Below, one piece after another: positions 57,470-64,000 of a DNA stretch of 64,000 nt. The DNA comes from Lytechinus pictus (taxonomy: Eukaryota). The position numbers were made by a program, and so were the translations under genes. The stretch covers positions 15,376,001-15,440,000 of the forward strand of contig NC_087246.1 of the NCBI RefSeq assembly GCF_037042905.1, written 5' to 3'. The notes beneath the pieces are model-generated. The model worked only from the letters and a program-made list of their open reading frames with translations. It ran no database searches and had not been told where the DNA came from. Numbering within the stretch: position 1 is the first letter of the stretch; each line of letters opens with the position of its first letter.

Positions 57470-60400
57470 TTACGTAAATTCAAACCCAGGTGGGGGCTTG
57501 CACTTTTGAACATTGACCACAGGCTGTTGGTCGAATCCAGGAGGTGGCCGGACACTGCGTTCCTCTTCTTTCTTGCTTGCGCTTCCTGCCTTCAAACCAG
57601 CTTCCTCTACTCTCCTTTGGTAACCGTCAAGTTCCTTCCGTACTCCACCTGACCCTGCTCTATCAGCACCCCTCCCCATGTCTTGTGCAGAACCACCCCT
57701 CCGTGCCCCTCCCCTTGCACTACCATGGCCTCTCCCTGTTCTCCCTCCCCTCTCCTTATATCCAGACCTTGGATCCTCACCCTGTCTTTCAACAGAATCC
57801 TCTCTTAGGGAGCCTCCATCTGAATGATCAGATCTGGCAGGCCTCCTACGATTTTGACCATGATCAGATCTATGACCATCTTTCCTATGATCATAATTTC
57901 TATGATGGTAATTATTTCTGTGTTCCCTGTTTCTTATTGCTTTCATGTCATTGCCACTTTGGTTTTCTTTCCTTTGAGTATCCTTCCCTGTACTTGTCCT
58001 TTCTTGTTCAATCTCAACATCCTTTAATTTCTTTGTTTCTGCTTCTGATGATACCTTTGTTTCTCCTTCCTCCCCAGCTACATCTCTCTTCTTAAGTAAG
58101 TCTTTCTCATCAACACCCTCAAGATGGCCCTCCATAGTCTCTTTGGATTCAGAGGCTGATGGTGCCTGTCCTCCACTGTTTCTCTTCTCAAACTTGCTCC
58201 TCAGTTGATCACCAATCTCCTCTTCCTTCTGTTTTATGACTTTGTCACTATCTTCTTTTGATTCATTTGACTGTTTTACCTTGGATGTCCACCTCTCCCC
58301 TCTCCTTTCACCTTCTTTCTGTCCATTATTCCCTCTTCTTTCCACTTGTCTATCTCTATCACCAGTCCTTCTTTGATCAGATTTCTGATGACCTCTACTT
58401 GATCCTGGCCTCTCATCCCTCCCGGAATGTCGCGGTCCTCTCGGATGTGACCTATGATGACCCCTTCCCTCACCAAGACCTCTTGAGCCCTGGTGATGAC
58501 TGTCATGTCCTCCTCGTCGACTATGATGTTTGTTATGGACAAAAACAGGTTTTCCATCTCTGGGCTTTGTCTCAGGGTGTGATGCAGCAGACTTGGAGTT
58601 GTCTTGGGATGTCTTTGCAACAATTGCAGCTGTTGCAGAAGGTGATGAACTCCTGAGTTGCTGGGAAACCATATCATCTATTGACACATTAGGAACCTAA
58701 ACACAAGGTTGTGAACCAAAGAAAATATCATTTAACAACTACATCAACATTTCCTGTAAATCAAGTGTAACTGATTATCTTAAAGACCATGGTTAACGAA
58801 AAAGGTCTTATCTTTAAAAAATCTGAACTTTGATGTGTGTTGTATTTAATATACACCCAAGGAGGAAATGGAAATCAAATTCATGCAGATATTTTCAAGA
58901 TATCTGTGACTGAATCATTTAATTTATCAGACAATTTGTCACACTATGCCTTAAAACTAAAGAAAATATTGACCTCGGTCATGTGACCTGAAACTCACAT
59001 AGGATGTTCAGGGATATTTAATTGCTCTTATGTCTAATTTTCATAAACTAGATCCATAAAAATGTAAAGTTACGATGACAGTTCCACAAGTACCCCCAAC
59101 ATGGCCAAAGTTCGTTGACCCTTAGTGACCTTTGACCTTGGTCATGTGACCTCAAATCGGGCAGAATCTTCAGTGATACACTACTACCCTTCCATCAAAG
59201 TTTCAAGAACTAGGTTCATATACTTTCTAAGTTATGACAACATTTCAAAAATTAACCTTGGTTGAGATTTCGATACTGATTCCCCCAACATGGTCTAAGT
59301 TCATTGACAATACATGACCTTTGACATTGGTCATGTGACCAGAAACTCAGGCTTTCTAAGTTATGATGACATTTCAAAAACTTAACCTTGGTTAAGATTT
59401 CAATGTTGATGACGCCCCCACCGTCGTCGGAAAAGCAACGCCTATAGTCTCGCTCTGCTATGCAGGCAAGACAAAAATATTGGTGAATGTTTGAGGAAAA
59501 TCCATTAAAGATTAAGAAAGTTATAAGGATTTTAAGTTTGGGATTTATGATGTCATAAACGAGCAGCTGCCCCATATGTTATGTTAAATAAAATGCAAAA
59601 ATTGAACTTTTTAGTGGTCCGTGATGACTTATTTTTAATTTTCTTTCTAGGAGCAGGTGTGAAATGATTTGTGTATTGATATACTGAAGGAACAATAAAA
59701 ACCATTTTCAATCTTCTGATAAAATGACAATTGATTGATTTGTTACCAAAAGATATGTAGGAGAGCAGCTCGCACATGACATCACAAATCAAATAATTAA
59801 AATTCTAAAAAAATTCATAATCTTTAATGGATTTCCTCGAACCTTTGCCAATATTTTCTCCTTTTTTTCTGCTATTTTGACAAATTAATTTTTTTGTCAG
59901 GGTGATCTTACCCTTTAAAACAACTCTAAAAAAATTAAAACTGCAATGAAGCAGTAACATACTCTTTACATTGTGTAGCATTGGTTACACAAAAGGAGGG
60001 TTGAACCCCTAAATACAATTCTAAAATAAATTGTTGGTATTATGCCCATTATCCTGATTGGGAATAATCCTACATATAAATCACATACAAAAAAAGAAAC
60101 AGGGAGGGCATTGAAATCTGGACATTTATTTGAATATAATGACTCTGAATTTCCGATAGTACCATAAAATATACAATGTTCCTGGCATATTGACAAGGTA
60201 AATGTTAAATCGTATCACTAATAATACAGAAACTGTCATTGGGCACTTGGAACTTACATGTCTAATGCTGATAAGATGTTTATTGCTTTCTGCCTCTATA
60301 TCAATTTGGCCTCCCTTTGCTTTCTGGCGATCGAACCCGACTTTCATCTCCTCTTGCCACTGGCGCAACTCTGGTGTCATTTCAATATCAGGACAATCAT

Positions 60401-63350
60401 CATAGTTTGGTTCTGGAGCATCCTGCAGCTTCTCTAGGAGTGTGTCTTCAAGGGCTTCTCTGCAGACAGGGCATTTGGGCTGTAAAGATGTAAGATTAGG
60501 GGTGATGATTAAGCCATGATCACTGAACAACCAGAAAGAAACTAGACATTTTTTTTAAATCCATGGGCCCCATGCCTATAGCAANNNNNNNNNNNNNNNN
60601 NNNNNNNNNNNNNNNNNNNNNNNNNNNNNNNNNNNNNNNNNNNNNNNNNNNNNNNNNNNNNNNNNNNNNNNNNNNNNNNNNNNNNNNNNNNNNNNNNNNN
60701 NNNNNNNNNNNNNNNNNNNNNNNNNNNNNNNNNNNNNNNNNNNNNNNNNNNNNNNNNNNNNNNNNNNNNNNNNNNNNNNCATCTGAATTAACATAAATTG
60801 CTCAGAATAAGACCATAATCTAATAAATATGAGTATGTAAAGCTTACCTCTTCTTCCTCATTTTCCACTGAATGTTGAAGGAGCTTAGCAAGGCAAAAAT
60901 TGTGAAAGTAGTGGTAGCATGAAGTCTTGGTGAAGACTTCACTTTCCTTTACAAAATAAGACAAAAAAATAAACAGTTATACACCTCCTGGTTAGTATTG
61001 AAATGAGGAACCCAATGACATCACCCACTCACTATTTCTTTTTTATATTTACAATATGAAATATTTAACTTTCTTCTCATTACAAATGTAAATGTTTGGT
61101 TCCTCCCGGAAAATGTGTAATTGCAATTTTTGTTACCTAATGTGATTTAATGAATTTCCCTATAGTCAAATCAGAAATAAAATATAAATAAATATTGTAT
61201 AATTCACACATAAAATACAAAAGAAATAGTGAGTGAATGACATTGGGCCGTATGCATAAAGACAAGCAATTGCTTATAAGCAAATGCTTTAAGCAAAAGC
61301 AAGAGCTGGTCAAGCAAAAGGGCAAGTTCAAGCAATTGCTTAAATTCGTATGCACAAGCTTTTGCTTGTGCTGAAACCTTTTGCTTGCACTGCCTAAGCA
61401 ATTGCTTATGTGTTGGACAAAGGATCGTTACGGTTGTGCGAACATCGCACAGTAGGACAACGACGCTTCATTCCCGACCTGGCAAAAGTATTTTTTATTA
61501 CGCAAATAGGGGGAAAACAGCGCAGAGCATCAGGGGGGTTTCTGTGTAGATCGATGGACAAAAATTGCCGTAAAAAGTCTAAAATAACAGGAATTTGATT
61601 AGATATGAAATCACAACATAACCTCTGGAATATGGAGCTTGAAACGGTATGAAAATTTAATCCTTAAACGAGAATGCCATGAGTAAGCAAGAGCTCAAGC
61701 TGGTCTGGAGGTGCTTGAAAAAATGCAAGCAATTGCTTATAAGAACAAGCAAAAGGTTCGTTTTATGCATACGTTTTTAAGCAATTGCTTGATCTTTAAG
61801 CAATTGCTTGCGGACATCAAGCAATTGCTTGTGCTTGCTAGCAAAAGCATTTGCTTGCAAGCAATTGCTTATGTTTATGCATACGGATTCAAGTAAAAGG
61901 CTAGCACAAGCAATTGCTACTTTTTATGCATACGGCCCATTATCTAGTTTCTCTGTGATGTGTATATAATTGTTTTGTGAAAAATAAAATGTCTAACTTT
62001 CTTATTTTACATTGGATTTTAATGAAATTTGCAGCATCATGCATTTGCAATTTCCTCTTTTTATCCAAATTCAACTTTTTGTTTGGGTGGACTTGCCCCC
62101 TTAACATTGATAGAGTAGAGTGTAGATTTATGTTTTGACAATGGACATCTAATCCATTCTCAAAATAGTAAGTGAGATTGCTAGAGTATTACAAGGGGTG
62201 TATTACATAAATGGATGTGCTCAATATTTACAAATGATTTTAACTTTTTATACATGGTTTGCATAGACTTACAGTTCTGCTTAATTCTACAAATGATTGC
62301 ATTTTTTATGCTACAGAGCCAAGGTATGGGACTACATTTATGACTAATCTTACCTCAAATTGGCACTGACATATGGTACAAGGCAAGCTAGGTGAGTTAT
62401 TCTCAGTCAAGGAATCTTTAGCAGTCTGCAAAGAAGATAGAATGAAATCAGTCAAAGTTTCATAGCTTTTGTAATTCAAATCATCGAGATATTGTTTTCC
62501 AAGAACAATAATAATTACAATAAAGTTTTTCACCTCATCGACTTGGGAAAGAAGATCAGGGGGTGATCTTTTATGCTTTTCACACTGCACTTTTTTTCCT
62601 TAACCCCGGGAAATTGGTGGGGCTAAGGAGGGGTCTTAGCCCCACCAATTTCCCGGGGTTAAGCTTAGCCCACTTCGTTTTCACACTACGTTTTAGCAAA
62701 GTGAACTAGCACGGTAAATAGTACGGTACTATCTGGCCCTGCAAAAAAGCAGGGTTAGCCGGCTTATTGTGGTGCTAGCACCACAATTGCGGTGCTTAGA
62801 GATGCAGTGTGAAAACGAAACAGGGCTAAGGAAAGTGGGGCTAAGCATAAGCCAATCACGGAAGTCGAATTGCACGTTAATCACGCTCTGTATGGTAAAA
62901 TCATCAATATTCATGAGCTGAGGGATAGTCCGGGGTTAAGGCATTATCCCCGGCTGAGCAGATAGTATAAGGTAAAGAAAGACAGTGTAAATCGAAAAAA
63001 AGATAGTATGGGGTTAAGGATAGTCTGGGGTGAAGGATAGTATGGGGTTAAGGATAGTATGGGGTTAAGGAAATGCAGTGTGAAAAGCATATAAGGTGAC
63101 TAAAATCATACTTGATTTCCCATTTATGAATGGTGTGCATTGGTCAGATCATGGTCAGTGGTCATGCTAATGCATATTCATCTATGAGATAACATGTTTA
63201 AAAATCCACATTCCTTTATATTGATCAATTTTAATGTTAAATAAAGTGATAAATTACAACAAGAGCTTGGTTATATTTACCTGTATAAGATCGTACATCA
63301 TCTCATTTCCTCTCTTCTCTTCAGCAAGTGTCTTCAAATCTCCTGATATC
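57470..63350 (-). CDS. RNF25: E3 ubiquitin ligase RNF25 (RWD end, RING-H2, long disordered tail); 5' exons lie beyond the window
   Basis: Exons 63350-63281, 62425-62354, 60946-60848, 60479-60258, 58696-57470 splice in frame. MMYDLIQTAKDSLTENN, CTIC, FTKTSCYHYFHNFCL, CPVCREAL and RQKAKGGQIDIEAESNK match RNF25. Confidence 0.9.
58965..59477. mobile_element. Probable Helitron/Helentron-associated non-autonomous repeat
   Basis: Internal repeats tgacctt/ggtcatgtgacc; terminal stem-loop gtctcgctctgctatgcaggcaagac followed by an A run. Confidence 0.5.
60585..60779. other. Assembly gap (195 N) in an RNF25 intron
   Basis: Run of N; the flanking exons already join in phase 0. Confidence 0.99.
61245..61938. 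mobile_element. MITE with arrays of the palindrome AAGCAATTGCTT, nested in a Kolobok-like remnant
   Basis: 16-bp TIR GGGCCGTATGCATAAA; ATT on both flanks. Confidence 0.8.
62573..63090. mobile_element. Harbinger-like MITE with an internal 17-bp tandem repeat
   Basis: 17-bp TIR ATGCTTTTCACACTGCA; about 4 copies of GGATAGTATGGGGTTAA at 63001-63070. Confidence 0.75.
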
Positions 63351-64000
63351 CTGCATACAACATACAAAGAATACAGACAACCTCACTTAAGTTCGACTTG
63401 TATTGAAACTGAAATTTTGCAGAAGTCAAAATGATTCATGATCAGGGGGAGACAGTAATATCCATTCTTCTGGGGATTTATTAGCAATTCTTTACATCTT
63501 TTATTATCACCCCCAGAAGCCAACGCAGTTCAGCAGAACAACCACTTGTAAAGAGACTGAAGTTTTTTGTCTAGATCAGTGGCACTGTGGCAGATCCAGG
63601 ATTTATTACGGTAATATGACACAGTAATTCCCCAAATCTTACTACCCAAAAGAACTTTACCATATATATAGAAAGGCCATACATTTACAATATTCCTAAG
63701 TCTACATATTAATCCAGTGAGAAAGGAATGAAATATAGGGAACAACATACAAAGGAATGAAATATACGGAGCAACATACAAAATAATTTTAGGAAAAACA
63801 TACAGGGATAAAAGGACAAAAAAATATACAAAATAAAACCAAAACCAAAACTGTAACATGAATCAGCAACAATTACAAGAACAAAATAAACACAAACAAT
63901 AAAAAAAATGAAAATAAAAACAATATTATTTTTAAAGCTGGACTGACCTTTCAATTTCATCCTCTGACAACCCCCTAGGGTTTCTGAATTGGAAGTTTGC

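Noticed and set aside
57544-58677. Overlapping ORFs of 130-180 aa in other frames (also 32964-33467, 28180-28593, 6616-6930)
   Set aside because: Shadow frames of real coding exons with low-complexity, unrecognisable products.
60563-60796. ORFs spanning poly-X
   Set aside because: Artefact of the N gap; a small hidden RNF25 exon cannot be excluded but is not needed for the frame.

Overview
AT-rich, intron- and transposon-rich animal DNA. The repeat styles and gene sequences suggest an invertebrate deuterostome, probably a sea urchin (inference). Three host genes lie in tandem on the minus strand: the 3' part of RNF25 (5 exons, 63350-57470), a two-exon ORAI Ca2+ channel (53621-46169), and a complete 17-exon KDM2 (JmjC-CxxC-PHD-F-box-LRR, 38633-5289, 1118 aa as spliced by hand). 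The 13.9-kb KDM2 intron 1 holds a young 5.1-kb hAT transposon (TIRs, perfect 8-bp TSD, spliced transposase with one nonsense codon) inserted into a tRNA-SINE, plus an orphan 274-aa ORF on the opposite strand. Best leads: (1) the first coding exon of the transposase is a phase-0/phase-0 cassette that could splice in frame into KDM2; (2) ORAI homology extends upstream of its first AUG with no AUG available, suggesting non-AUG initiation; (3) the nested antisense orphan gene; (4) two PPPGF (GYF-ligand) motifs at the RNF25 C-terminus; (5) KDM2-ORAI adjacency shared with human. All exon structures were derived by eye from GT-AG sites, frame continuity and recalled homology; none is transcript-validated.
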